From assembly GCA_017992605.1 (NCBI GenBank), contig JAGOOG010000003.1:76161-140160 (forward strand): a stretch of DNA of 64,000 nucleotides. The letters are read 5' to 3'. The translations under genes were made by a program, and so were the position numbers. The notes below the pieces were generated by a model. That model searched no databases and had not been told where the DNA came from. It saw nothing but the letters and a program-made list of their open reading frames with translations. This DNA comes from Deltaproteobacteria bacterium. Its GTDB lineage: Bacteria > Desulfobacterota > Desulfomonilia > UBA1062. This document shows, piece by piece, positions 1 to 9,203 of this stretch (positions within the stretch are counted from its first letter, which is position 1; every line of letters starts with the position of its first letter).

Positions 1-293
1 TCACTATCTCAGAGAGAGGCTAGAGCTCATGCCTTGATGGTTCCTCGAAGAATACGGCAACAACGTCTTCAGTTTCAAGGGACTTTACTTTACCAAATCC
101 AGATTCTGTGGAACAGAGCACAAAACATTCTGCGCCCACAGGAGCCACGTTCCACTGAGATCGATCATCACCCTGTTCAAGCTGTCACATATTATGTAAT
201 GGTGCAATGCAGCAACCTGTTGCGGGCACATCGGGTCAGCGGAAGGCCCTGTGCGCAACGTTCATGACCAGGATTGATGAGGAGGTCTCTTGC

Positions 294-1739
294 ATGAATT
301 CAATGAACGAGTTCCATTTCTTCAGGGAAGATCTGTGTGACCGCTGCGGTCTCTGTCTCGAACGCTGCCCCGTGCTCGAGCTCCCGGCAGACGAGGCGAA
401 GCGGGAACTGAAGAAACTCATTCAGGGAGACACGGATGCATCCCTCGTGCTCCAGCGCTGTGTCACGTGCAATGCCTGCGACTTTGTCTGCCCCCGGCAT
501 GCCAACCCGTACGGTCTCATTCTCGAGCATCATAACAGGACGGGCAGGGCACAGGGCCTCCCCTCCATAGCCAAGTTCATCTTTCCCAACGAGCCCGAGA
601 ACATGTGGACCACGACAAGGGTGCTGATGGGGGACGACGAGCTCTCGCTGCTGCGTTCCTGGGAGGAGAACCTCCAACATCCCAGAAAGGAAGTGCTCCT
701 CACCGGCTTCTACAATAACCTCATGCCGTACATCGCCCAGACCTCGCTCCTCGACGAGCTGAAGCCCGCCATAGCCGGCAGTGACTGCATGTTCGGGATC
801 GGGGAAGACGCGTACCGGATCGGGCTCCTTGAAGAAACGGAACGCCTCGGGCGGCTCGCGAAACAGAAGTTCTCCGAGATGGGCATAGAGAAGATGTACT
901 GCTTCATGGTGGTCGAGGCATCGATGTTCACCGATGTCCTGCCGAAGAAGTTCGGCATCGACTTCGACTTCGACGTGGAACTCCTCGACAGCTGGATCCT
1001 CGACAGGCTGAAGAACGGAAAGATACAGGTCAAGGACAGACTGAACATGAAGGTCACCGTCCACGACAACTGCTGCGGGAGATACATGGACGGGATCCTG
1101 CAGGACACCTCCCGGGAGATAGTGCAGCGCATAGGGTGCACCGTGGTCGAGATGCAGCATACGAGGGAAAACGCGCTCTGCTGCGGCTGGGCAGGTACCG
1201 TGCCCACGCTGTTCGGGCCGGCCTCGAGCAACCCCTTCCACACCCTGCTCAACCTCCTGCAGAGCCTGTATCTCAGGCTGCAGGAAGCCGAGGCGACAGG
1301 CGCCGATGCACTGGTCGTACCCTGCCCCGGCTGCTGCACGTTCCTCTCGCTGATCAAGGTGTTGACCAACAGCAGGGTGGATATATTCCTTCCGCTCGAA
1401 CTGGTGCAGCTCGCAGCCGGCGAGAAGCCCGTTCACAGGCACGAAGAGCGGGCATGGGATATCCTCGCCGTCACCACCAACCTCGTGCTCACGTGGCCCT
1501 TTTCCCCCAGGAGATTCTTCCCCAGACCCGTGGACATAGGCGGACCGCTCCCGGAAGCCGGTCGGGGTGACGCGATGCGGATTAGGCTGTTCGGCAGGCT
1601 CTATCACAGTGCCCTGGTGCAGAACCGCGTCTCGAGGGGGCTCCTCGCATTCACCGTCAAGGCCCTCATGACCAGGTATAGAGGTTATCTCGAGACTCAA
1701 CGGCGCACCATGACCGGCGCGAGGGTGCCCTGCAGATGA
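294..1739 (+). CDS. Fe-S oxidoreductase, HdrD/GlpC/LutA-like (two ferredoxin-type 4Fe-4S motifs plus CCG-type cysteine-rich domains)
   Basis: ORF 207..1739. Motifs CDRCGLCLERCP and CVTCNACDFVCP are followed by cysteine clusters HDNCCG, ALCCGWAG and PCPGCC. GAGGAGG (279-285) lies 8 nt before ATG 294, so 294 is preferred over 207 or 264. Confidence 0.75.
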   Translation: MNSMNEFHFFREDLCDRCGLCLERCPVLELPADEAKRELKKLIQGDTDASLVLQRCVTCNACDFVCPRHANPYGLILEHHNRTGRAQGLPSIAKFIFPNEPENMWTTTRVLMGDDELSLLRSWEENLQHPRKEVLLTGFYNNLMPYIAQTSLLDELKPAIAGSDCMFGIGEDAYRIGLLEETERLGRLAKQKFSEMGIEKMYCFMVVEASMFTDVLPKKFGIDFDFDVELLDSWILDRLKNGKIQVKDRLNMKVTVHDNCCGRYMDGILQDTSREIVQRIGCTVVEMQHTRENALCCGWAGTVPTLFGPASSNPFHTLLNLLQSLYLRLQEAEATGADALVVPCPGCCTFLSLIKVLTNSRVDIFLPLELVQLAAGEKPVHRHEERAWDILAVTTNLVLTWPFSPRRFFPRPVDIGGPLPEAGRGDAMRIRLFGRLYHSALVQNRVSRGLLAFTVKALMTRYRGYLETQRRTMTGARVPCR

Positions 1740-1743
1740 GGAT

Positions 1744-2412
1744 CTAGACCCTGCCCCTCAGCGGGCACTCTCCGCATCGGGGGGTGCGGGATCTGCAGTA
1801 GTCCTTGCCGATGAACACGAGGTGCGCGTGGAGATCCCTGTACACGTCAAGGTCAGGACTCAGGGCGTTCTCGAAGAGATCCTGGATGTCATCGTAGCCC
1901 GCATCCCCGCTGATGATGCCGTGACGGGAGAGGATCCTCCTCGTGTAGGCATCCACCACGAAGACGAGCTTGCCGGCGGCGTAACAGCAGATGCTGTCCG
2001 CGGTTTCCTTGCCTACCCCGTTCACCGCCAGGAGCGTGGCCCTGAGATCATCGGCATCGAGCGCGAAGAGCCTGTCCAGCGAACCATCGAAGGAGGCGGC
2101 GATCATGTCCACGAGGTTTCTCAACCGCCTCGCTTTGATGTTGTAGTAGCCCGACGGCCTGAGATGCCCTGCGAGCGTATCGAGAGGTGTCTTGTGGAGG
2201 GCGTCCATATCGAGGAGGGATGCGGTTTTGAGGTTGGCGATGGCCTTTTCCACGTTGGTCCAGGCGGTGTTCTGGGTGAGAACCGCGCCTACCATCACCT
2301 CGAGGGGGGTCTCGCCGGGCCACCAGCCCGAGGGGCCGTAATGTCCGGAGAGCACGGCGTACAGGTGTGCGGGATCGAGGGATGGCTCAGTCTTCGCAGG
2401 TTGTCTCTTCAT
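1744..2412 (-). CDS. HhH-GPD superfamily DNA glycosylase, endonuclease III-related
   Basis: 222-aa ORF. Helix-hairpin-helix region LLAVNGVGKETAD, conserved Asp in VVDAYTRRIL, and C-terminal Cys loop CRSRTPRCGEC. Confidence 0.75.
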   Translation of the reverse strand: MKRQPAKTEPSLDPAHLYAVLSGHYGPSGWWPGETPLEVMVGAVLTQNTAWTNVEKAIANLKTASLLDMDALHKTPLDTLAGHLRPSGYYNIKARRLRNLVDMIAASFDGSLDRLFALDADDLRATLLAVNGVGKETADSICCYAAGKLVFVVDAYTRRILSRHGIISGDAGYDDIQDLFENALSPDLDVYRDLHAHLVFIGKDYCRSRTPRCGECPLRGRV

Positions 2413-3175
2413 GCCCCTTGGTCTTGATGACGCCCTTCATCTTGTCCCGGATGTCGCCCCTGATGTTGAAAAGCATGGCCGTCATCTCCAGCTCGTACTC
2501 GAGCGCCGCCTTGGCATCGAGCCGACTGACCACGTCGAGGCTCCTCTTGACGGCCTTGACCACCTCGGGGGACCTCCCCACGAGCTGCTTCGCACAGGTC
2601 ATGACCTCGTCGCGGAACCGCTCGGGTTCCACCACCCTGTTCACCAGCCCGAAGTCGTAGGCCTCGCGGGCCCCGATGGGGTCGCCCCTGAGGGCAAGCT
2701 CCCTGGTCCTGGCCAGGCCGATGCGGGAGACCAGCGGTGTGAGCAGGGGATTGAACCCGTACTTGATCTCCGGATGCGCGAAGATGGCGCTCTCTGACGC
2801 GATGATCATGTCGCCCATGAGCGCCAGGTTGAACCCGCCACCGAAGGCGATGCCGCTCACCGCGCTGATGAGGATCTTGTCCTGGTCCAGCAGCATGCTG
2901 TAGACATCCACAGCGAGGTGGAAGTACCTGGCAGCGTCCTCGCTGGAGAAATACGGCGCCTCCTTGAGGTCGATCCCGGCCGAAAAGCACTCGTCGCCGC
3001 CGGTGAGGATGAGCACCCTGACGTCGGAGGAGTCCTGGAGGAACTGCCCGAAGACCTGGTGGATCTCCTTCATCATCCCGAAGGACAGCGCATTGAGCTC
3101 GTGCTTTCGGTTCATCTCGATGACCGCGATCTGTCCCCTCACGTCTGTCCGAATGAACTGGTTGCCCATGGGCAA
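2387..3175 (-). CDS. enoyl-CoA hydratase/isomerase (crotonase) family protein
   Basis: 262-aa ORF with crotonase motifs FSAGIDLKE and GIAFGGGFNLALMGD. Overlaps the downstream glycosylase gene by 26 nt. Confidence 0.85.
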   Translation of the reverse strand: MPMGNQFIRTDVRGQIAVIEMNRKHELNALSFGMMKEIHQVFGQFLQDSSDVRVLILTGGDECFSAGIDLKEAPYFSSEDAARYFHLAVDVYSMLLDQDKILISAVSGIAFGGGFNLALMGDMIIASESAIFAHPEIKYGFNPLLTPLVSRIGLARTRELALRGDPIGAREAYDFGLVNRVVEPERFRDEVMTCAKQLVGRSPEVVKAVKRSLDVVSRLDAKAALEYELEMTAMLFNIRGDIRDKMKGVIKTKGHEETTCED

Positions 3176-3233
3176 ATCCTCCGTATGTACTGTACGTCAT
3201 CTACCCTCAGGGTAAAATCATGTCAATTGAGGA

Positions 3234-4724
3234 ATGCTTGATCAGCCTCCCCTGTTTCTGTTATCCCATGAATCTGTGAGCTGTCTGCGCGTCAGCGAGT
3301 TGAACGATCGTGCCCGGGAGGCCCTTTTCGACTGCTTCGGGCCGGAGGTCTGGGTGGTGGGTGAAGTCCATGGGCTCAAGGCACACGCCAAGTCCGGCCA
3401 CGTCTACTTCGATCTCGTGGAAAAGGCGACCTCGGGGCAGGATCAGTACATCGCCAAGGTCGGCTGTGCATTCTTTCAGGGGTCCTACAGGACCTGGCAG
3501 CGCTCCCTGGCTGCCATGGGCATCTCTGGGTTCGAACTGGCCAGCGGCATCGAGGTAAAGCTGCGTGCCCGGGTGGACCTCTTCACCAGGGAGGGCAGGT
3601 ACCAGCTCATCGTCAGCGAGGTCGACCCGAGCTACACTTACGGGGCCATCGCCCGGCGAAGGGCCCAGACCATCGAGACCCTCAAGGCCTCCGGCCTCAT
3701 GGAACTCAACAAGGGGCTCGCACTGCCCGCGATCCCCCTGAACATAGGGCTGATAACCTCGCTGGGCTCTGCTGCGTACCGGGACTTCACGAGCATCGTT
3801 GGAGGCAGCGGGTTTTCTTTCCGGATCAACCTCTACGATGCGCACATGCAGGGCGACAGGACGATACAGGAGGTAATCCGCGGCATCAGGGCCCTCGAGA
3901 GGATTCCCGGCCTCGATGCCATCGTGATAACAAGGGGCGGCGGTGCCAAGACCGACCTGCTCGTGTTCGACGACATCGGTATCTGTACTGCCATCGCGGC
4001 TTGCCCGAAGCCCGTCATCACCGGCATCGGCCACGAGACAGACCTGACCGTGGCGGACCTCGTCGCTCACAGGTCCCTTGTCACCCCCACCGATACGGCC
4101 CGGTTTCTGGTCGCCCGGGCGGAAGCGGTCTGGTCGCTGCTCGAGGAGGCGCACGATCGTGTAGGCAGGTCGGCCAGGAGTTCTCTGGAGGCCTCGGCGA
4201 GGCGACTGGACCTGGCCGCCACACGGCTTGCCCTCCTGTCTGGGACATTCACCTCACGGGCCCGCTCCACCATCGAGACGGCCTCATCCGCCCTCACGAC
4301 CAGGGTTCTGGCCCTCACCGCGATCCATGGCAGGCGCCTCGCGGTGGTAGGCTCGGCACTCCTCCGCCAGGGTGCATCGTGCATCCTTGCCAAAAGGTCA
4401 GCACTGGACCGGGCCGTCATGGGACTGGTCCTGAATTCATCCTCGCTGCTCAGGCACATGAACCATGAGCTGGCACACCGCCAGGCCATCGTGCTGAAGG
4501 AGCTGTCCGGCAATGTCGCCGCGGCACTCGAGAAACTGGACAGATACGAGGACGCCCTTAGGACCATGAGCCCGAAAACCACCCTACTCAGGGGCTACTC
4601 CATAACGCTGGGAAGGGACAGGAAGGTCCTGCGAGACGCGCACGATGCGGCTCAGGAAGACCGCATAACGACCATTCTCGCACAAGGCACGTTACACTCT
4701 GTGGTGTATGACAAGGAGCCATGA
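3234..4724 (+). CDS. xseA: exodeoxyribonuclease VII large subunit
   Basis: N-terminal OB-fold region VWVVGEVHGLK..SGHVYFDLVE, core ITRGGGAKTDL and GIGHETD. ATGA overlap with the xseB-like gene that follows. Confidence 0.9.
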   Translation: MLDQPPLFLLSHESVSCLRVSELNDRAREALFDCFGPEVWVVGEVHGLKAHAKSGHVYFDLVEKATSGQDQYIAKVGCAFFQGSYRTWQRSLAAMGISGFELASGIEVKLRARVDLFTREGRYQLIVSEVDPSYTYGAIARRRAQTIETLKASGLMELNKGLALPAIPLNIGLITSLGSAAYRDFTSIVGGSGFSFRINLYDAHMQGDRTIQEVIRGIRALERIPGLDAIVITRGGGAKTDLLVFDDIGICTAIAACPKPVITGIGHETDLTVADLVAHRSLVTPTDTARFLVARAEAVWSLLEEAHDRVGRSARSSLEASARRLDLAATRLALLSGTFTSRARSTIETASSALTTRVLALTAIHGRRLAVVGSALLRQGASCILAKRSALDRAVMGLVLNSSSLLRHMNHELAHRQAIVLKELSGNVAAALEKLDRYEDALRTMSPKTTLLRGYSITLGRDRKVLRDAHDAAQEDRITTILAQGTLHSVVYDKEP

Positions 4725-4954
4725 TGAAGACGAAGAAGCCCAAGGGGTATTCCGAGGTACTGCGGGAGCTCGAGGAAACCCTCGAGAAGATGAACCGGGG
4801 GGACATACCCATCGACGAGCTGGAAGAGACCATAAAGTCAGCTGCCGGCAAGATCCGCTACCTCAAGGAAAGGCTCAAGGCCACCGAGGCCGAGATCACC
4901 AAGGTGCTCAGGGAGATCGAAGACGGAGATGAAAAGCTTCCCGAAGAGCGGTAA
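4721..4954 (+). CDS. xseB: exodeoxyribonuclease VII small subunit
   Basis: 77-aa helical protein (LRELEETLEKMNRGDIPIDELEE) translationally coupled to xseA. Confidence 0.85.
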   Translation: MMKTKKPKGYSEVLRELEETLEKMNRGDIPIDELEETIKSAAGKIRYLKERLKATEAEITKVLREIEDGDEKLPEER

Positions 4955-5008
4955 CTGTTCCGGAGCCTTTCATTGACCCGCATCGCACAGGTCTGTTATA
5001 GGATCACC

Positions 5009-6151
5009 ATGGATCCGTCACGCACCGCGCAGGCCGTTCAGCCCTTTCTCGTCATGGACGTCATGGAGAAGGCCAACACCTTGGCGGCCTGCGGCCGCGA
5101 CATCATCCACCTGGAGGTGGGCGAACCGGATTTCGACACCCCGGAGTGCGTCCGCGAAGCCTCCATTGCCGCCATGCAGCGGGGGAGGACGCACTACACC
5201 GACTCCCTGGGCATACCCGAACTCAGGCAGGCCATCGCGGAGCACTATGCACGGACCTACGGCGTCGGCGTTGACGAGGACTGCATCGTGGTCACGGCAG
5301 GGTCTTCGCCCGCCCTGCTCATGGCCATCGCCTGCCTGGTGGATGCCGGGGATGAGGTCATGATGACCGACCCGTACTATGCCTGCTACCCGAACTTCGT
5401 CAAGGTCCTGGGTGCGCGGCCCCTCCTCATTCCTACGGGAAGTGCCGACGGGTTTCAGCTCGATCCGTCAAAGGTCTCCGGGAGGATCTCGAAAACCACC
5501 AGGGCCCTGATCATCAACTCACCGGCAAACCCCACCGGGGTCTGCCTCGACGTCTCTCACATGAAGGCCTTGGCCGATCTTTCCGTACCCATCATATCCG
5601 ACGAGATCTACCATGGCCTGGTATATGAATCGGGCCAGCACACCATGCTTGAATTCACGGACAACGCGATCGTCATCAACGGCTTCTCCAAGGCCTATGC
5701 CATGACCGGCTGGAGGCTCGGGTGGGCGATCTTCCCGAAGACCCTGATCCGATCCGCCCAGAAGCTGCAGCAGAACCTCATGATCTGTGCGCCCTCCATC
5801 GCTCAGTGGGGCGGCGTGGCGGCGCTGCGTGAGGCAGGCCCGGACGTGGCGGACATGCACCGGACCTTTACCCGCCGCAGGAAGATCATGCTCGCCGAGA
5901 TGACGCGGCACGGGTACAACGTGGAAGTGGAGCCGACCGGGGCATTCTACGTGCTCGTGAACATGCGCCGATACACCATGGACTCACGGTCCTTCGCCAT
6001 GGAGATCCTCGATCGCACCGGTGTGGGCGTGACCCCTGGCATCGATTTCGGCCCGGGCGCCGAGGGCTACATCCGGTTCAGCTACGCCAATTCCGAGCAG
6101 AACATCGTGGAAGGCATTTCCCGCGTTGCCGGTCACCTGAAGACCTTATGA
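5009..6151 (+). CDS. class I/II pyridoxal-phosphate aminotransferase (aspartate aminotransferase-like)
   Basis: Motifs NSPANPTG and FSKAYAMTGWRLGW (PLP lysine context). ATG 5009 chosen inside ORF 4973..6151. Confidence 0.85.
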   Translation: MDPSRTAQAVQPFLVMDVMEKANTLAACGRDIIHLEVGEPDFDTPECVREASIAAMQRGRTHYTDSLGIPELRQAIAEHYARTYGVGVDEDCIVVTAGSSPALLMAIACLVDAGDEVMMTDPYYACYPNFVKVLGARPLLIPTGSADGFQLDPSKVSGRISKTTRALIINSPANPTGVCLDVSHMKALADLSVPIISDEIYHGLVYESGQHTMLEFTDNAIVINGFSKAYAMTGWRLGWAIFPKTLIRSAQKLQQNLMICAPSIAQWGGVAALREAGPDVADMHRTFTRRRKIMLAEMTRHGYNVEVEPTGAFYVLVNMRRYTMDSRSFAMEILDRTGVGVTPGIDFGPGAEGYIRFSYANSEQNIVEGISRVAGHLKTL

Positions 6152-6732
6152 AGGTGAAGGTCCGCAACGCCTTTTTTGCCGGCGTCTTCCCGCACGACAC
6201 AACGGATCTCCCGCAGTTTGCGTTTGCGGGCAGGTCGAATGTCGGCAAGTCTTCCCTGATCAACAGGCTCGTGGGCAGGAAGAACCTGGTGCGAACCAGC
6301 AAGATGCCCGGCAAGACCAGGGCCGTGAACCTCTTCAGGGTCGACCTCGTCGACCTGCCGTCGCTCTATCTCGTGGACCTTCCCGGCTACGGCTACGCCA
6401 GGGCCCCCCAATCCATAAGCAGGGGATGGCAGGACCTCATCGGCACCTACCTGAACGACAACCCTTACCTTCGTCTCGTCATGCTCCTGGTGGACATCCG
6501 CAGGGACCTGGGCGACGAGGAGCGCATGCTCATCGACCTCATGGCCGGGTCCGACACCCGGGTGGTGCTCGCCGTCACCAAGGCTGACAAGGTCGGGTTC
6601 GGCGAGAGGATGAAGCGCGCCTCCGCATTCACGTGCCAGAGCGGCCTGAAGCCGGTGATCACCTCGGCGGTGACGGGTGGGGGAATGGACGAACTCTGGG
6701 CGCTCGTCACGCGGACCCTCCGGGGTGACTGA
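6148..6732 (+). CDS. engB: ribosome-biogenesis GTPase YihA/EngB
   Basis: P-loop GRSNVGKSSLINRL, G3 DLPGYGYA, G4 TKADK. ATGA overlap with the preceding stop codon. Confidence 0.9.
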   Translation: MKVKVRNAFFAGVFPHDTTDLPQFAFAGRSNVGKSSLINRLVGRKNLVRTSKMPGKTRAVNLFRVDLVDLPSLYLVDLPGYGYARAPQSISRGWQDLIGTYLNDNPYLRLVMLLVDIRRDLGDEERMLIDLMAGSDTRVVLAVTKADKVGFGERMKRASAFTCQSGLKPVITSAVTGGGMDELWALVTRTLRGD

Positions 6733-6756
6733 GCCTGTTTTCGGGCAAAAATATTG

Positions 6757-6784
6757 TTTACTCCACGTCCTGTTGTGCTATTAT
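6757..6784 (+). promoter_or_regulatory. sigma-70-like promoter (TTTACT-16 nt-TATTAT) placed for a near-leaderless transcript
   Basis: -35 at 6757-6762 and -10 at 6779-6784. ATG 6794 is 9 nt after the -10, and there is no Shine-Dalgarno sequence. Confidence 0.35.
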
Positions 6785-6793
6785 TCCCTGGCA

Positions 6794-7057
6794 ATGGATA
6801 TTCGTGCCCAGGCAAACGATATCAGCACCCTGCTTCCTATCCTCGTCCTCATAGCCTTCCTCATCATCCCCTACGTACTCAAGATGCTGGGGAGATACAC
6901 CGCTGCAAGTAAACGAGAGGAGTTGCCCGGGGAGCACGGGACCCATGGCGAGCCCCCCCTGTACGAAGACCACCAGGGGCCGGTGATGCGGCAGGATTAC
7001 GAACAGTTCGACCGAAGCTCTCCATCAAACAGACCCATAACCCCGAAATGGTTCTGA
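6794..7057 (+). CDS. hypothetical small single-pass membrane protein (87 aa)
   Basis: Internal ATG of ORF 6677..7057. One hydrophobic helix (LLPILVLIAFLIIPYVL) followed by a polar Pro/Glu-rich tail. No family recognised. Confidence 0.4.
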   Translation: MDIRAQANDISTLLPILVLIAFLIIPYVLKMLGRYTAASKREELPGEHGTHGEPPLYEDHQGPVMRQDYEQFDRSSPSNRPITPKWF

Positions 7058-7725
7058 ACAGGAAGCCCGACAGACAGGGACTGCGATTCCTCTTCGGTCT
7101 CGCTCTCACAACGGTGTCGATCTATGCATTCTACATCGGGATAGCGCGGATCAACTCTCCCGAACTCTTTCTCGTTCCCGAGGCCATCGACATGGAGAGG
7201 AACAGGTGCAACGAGATCTCCTCGGGGTCCCTGACCGCATGCATCCCTGAAGGATTTGACACGTCGGTGAAGGATGGCGGTATCGAGATCCATTCGGCAC
7301 GAGAGAGGGTCAGGGGGTCCATCGAGGTCGTCCCGAGCCTCCCCCGGGAGGGTCAGTGGAGAAAATCCCTGGAGCAGCCCCTCATCAGGGCCTTTCTCGG
7401 GGATACGCGCGGCATGGATACATTTGAACTCATGGACGCCATCCTCGGTCACCGGTACAATCCAACGCTCATGGGGGTCAAGGCGGCCCTCATCCCTGAC
7501 TGGATGAAGCGGGATCCCCGGGCGAGGATCCTGTACGCGGGATCAACCGGGGGGCTTCTGTTCCATACCCCGCGGCAGTCGCTGGGACTGTCTTTTCAGG
7601 AGGGGAAGGTGATCGTGATGTCCGTAACGGGAAGAATCCCGGCTGGAACGGCCGCCGGGATTCTTGACGGTGCACGGCTATCTAGACCGGCAGAACCACG
7701 AACGGGATCGACGGGCTCTTCATGA
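7048..7725 (+). CDS. hypothetical membrane-anchored protein
   Basis: 225-aa ORF with N-terminal helix LRFLFGLALTTVSIYAFYIGI. Overlaps the preceding small ORF by 10 nt. No family recognised. Confidence 0.45.
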   Translation: MVLNRKPDRQGLRFLFGLALTTVSIYAFYIGIARINSPELFLVPEAIDMERNRCNEISSGSLTACIPEGFDTSVKDGGIEIHSARERVRGSIEVVPSLPREGQWRKSLEQPLIRAFLGDTRGMDTFELMDAILGHRYNPTLMGVKAALIPDWMKRDPRARILYAGSTGGLLFHTPRQSLGLSFQEGKVIVMSVTGRIPAGTAAGILDGARLSRPAEPRTGSTGSS

Positions 7726-8140
7726 ACTTCTCCGCGTAGTCGCTCCTGAACCCGGACAGGGCCCCCTTGTTCACCTCATGGCCGATCACGAGGAGTTCGA
7801 TACCCTTGTCCTTGATCACCTTGTTGATCGCCTCGATGGGAATTCCCCTCATGACGAGCCGGTGCTTCGCATCGACGGCGTCACCGACCACCTGGCTGCA
7901 GATGGCATACATCTTGTCCTTCGCGGCCTTGACAACTTCCTCTTCGAGCCTGTCCGTGTTGATGTGGGGGACATAGAACCCTGCGGCATTCTTGATGTCG
8001 GTGACGGTATGGAGGACAAAGAGTTCCGCCTCCAGGAGACACGAGAGCTGGTATGCATAGTCCACGACATAGGGACTGGACTTGGCATAATCGATGTAGC
8101 ACAGGATCTTCTGGGGCTTTTTTACCTTGGACTTCCTCAT
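7682..8140 (-). CDS. universal stress protein (UspA family)
   Basis: 152 aa with typical Usp layout: ILCYIDYAKSS ... ELFVLHTV ... IELLVIGHE ... PFVVLPV. Confidence 0.8.
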   Translation of the reverse strand: MRKSKVKKPQKILCYIDYAKSSPYVVDYAYQLSCLLEAELFVLHTVTDIKNAAGFYVPHINTDRLEEEVVKAAKDKMYAICSQVVGDAVDAKHRLVMRGIPIEAINKVIKDKGIELLVIGHEVNKGALSGFRSDYAEKFMKSPSIPFVVLPV

Positions 8141-8143
8141 AAT

Positions 8144-8536
8144 CTACCTCCTCTCGGCTGTGTGCGGTGCTTCTTTGGATACGGCTTCTATCACATTCTT
8201 CAGTTCCCTGAGCTTGAAGGGTTTCGCCACAAAGGCATTGGCCCCCCGTTCGAAGGCTACCTTCTTCGCCTCGCTCACGGAGAATCCGGTGATCAGGACC
8301 ACGGGTACCTGGGGGTACCGCGCCCTGATCTCTCCCATGAGGGTGAGCCCATCCATGCGAGGCATGTGGATATCGCTCACCACGAGGCTGATGGGCTGTC
8401 TGCCCATGCATTCCAGTGCGTCATATCCGTCGCTCGCCGTGTGGACCCGGTAGCCGTACATGCTCAGGAAGTCGGCTATCACGTGGGTCAGGTCCTGGGA
8501 ATCGTCAACGATCAGGATCTCCTTCGAGCTACTCAC
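8144..8536 (-). CDS. single-domain response regulator (CheY-like receiver)
   Basis: ILIVDDSQD, phospho-acceptor context LVVSDIHMP, and AFVAKPF lysine. Confidence 0.85.
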   Translation of the reverse strand: MSSSKEILIVDDSQDLTHVIADFLSMYGYRVHTASDGYDALECMGRQPISLVVSDIHMPRMDGLTLMGEIRARYPQVPVVLITGFSVSEAKKVAFERGANAFVAKPFKLRELKNVIEAVSKEAPHTAERR

Positions 8537-9203
8537 TGGCCCCCTCGCTTGTCAGGTCTATTATCTCATAATCTCTGAGAACCGGGTATCTCTTTGTCTG
8601 CGCATTCGTGAGGCCGGCCAGCTTTTCCATGACCCTCTTGATGGCGAAGATCTGCGTTTCCATGACCTGCAGGGAATCCTGCACCTTCCCGCTGCCTTCC
8701 AGTTCCGGGTTGAGCCGGAGCATCTCGATGTTGCCGAGGATGATGTTGAGCGGCGTGTTGATCCGATCGGAAAGGGTTACCGCTGTCTTTGCGATGGCAT
8801 TGAGCTCCTGGAGGCGTTTCTGCTCCCTGCCGTAGGCCTGCATCTCCAGCGCCCTGCGCACCCTGATGATGAGCTCTTCCTCGTCACAGGGCTTGAGGAG
8901 ATAATCGTACACACCGAGCCTCAGAGCCTTCACGGCTGTCTTCAGGGAACCGTAGCCGGTGATGACGATGACGAGGGTCCGGGGAGATATGACCTTCACG
9001 TTCTCCAGAAGATCGAGTCCGCCCATGCCTTCCAGCACGAGGTCCGTCAGGACGAGATGGTAGCTCCTGACATAGAGCAGCTTGAGCGCATCTTCCGCGC
9101 TGGGGACGTCATCCACCTCGAATCCCTGTGCAGCGAGGATATTCTTCAGCGAATAGCGGACGATCTCTTCATCGTCCACCACGAGGATCCTCTTGTCGCT
9201 CAT
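8529..9203 (-). CDS. response regulator receiver fused to a degenerate HisKA/DHp-like domain (no ATPase domain)
   Basis: MSDKRILVVDDEE, LVLTDLVLEGMGG and DYLLKPC define the receiver. The C-terminal LSDRINTPLNIILGNIEML aligns to the H-box SHELRTPL with Asp in place of His. ATG 9203 overlaps the kinase stop codon (ATGA). Confidence 0.75.
   Translation of the reverse strand: MSDKRILVVDDEEIVRYSLKNILAAQGFEVDDVPSAEDALKLLYVRSYHLVLTDLVLEGMGGLDLLENVKVISPRTLVIVITGYGSLKTAVKALRLGVYDYLLKPCDEEELIIRVRRALEMQAYGREQKRLQELNAIAKTAVTLSDRINTPLNIILGNIEMLRLNPELEGSGKVQDSLQVMETQIFAIKRVMEKLAGLTNAQTKRYPVLRDYEIIDLTSEGASE

Noticed and set aside
106-155. Alternative pairings CTGTGGAAC with CCACAG (136-141) or GTTCCAC (149-155) in the lower-GC region upstream of the first gene
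   Set aside because: Stems of only 6-7 bp with long loops are expected by chance in 64 kb. There is no terminator, no conserved riboswitch motif that I recognise, and the left edge of the window truncates the context.
300-1700. 466-aa ORF on the minus strand opposite the HdrD-like gene
   Set aside because: This is an antisense shadow ORF, typical of high-GC DNA. Its translation is Arg/Gly/His/Pro/Glu-rich with no motifs, while the plus-strand frame has clear Fe-S and CCG motifs.
7664-8578. 304-aa plus-strand ORF (and 8460..9281, 9128..10114) across the usp and response-regulator region
   Set aside because: These are antisense to genes with unmistakable Usp, receiver and kinase motifs. They have low-complexity D/H/L/G-rich composition.
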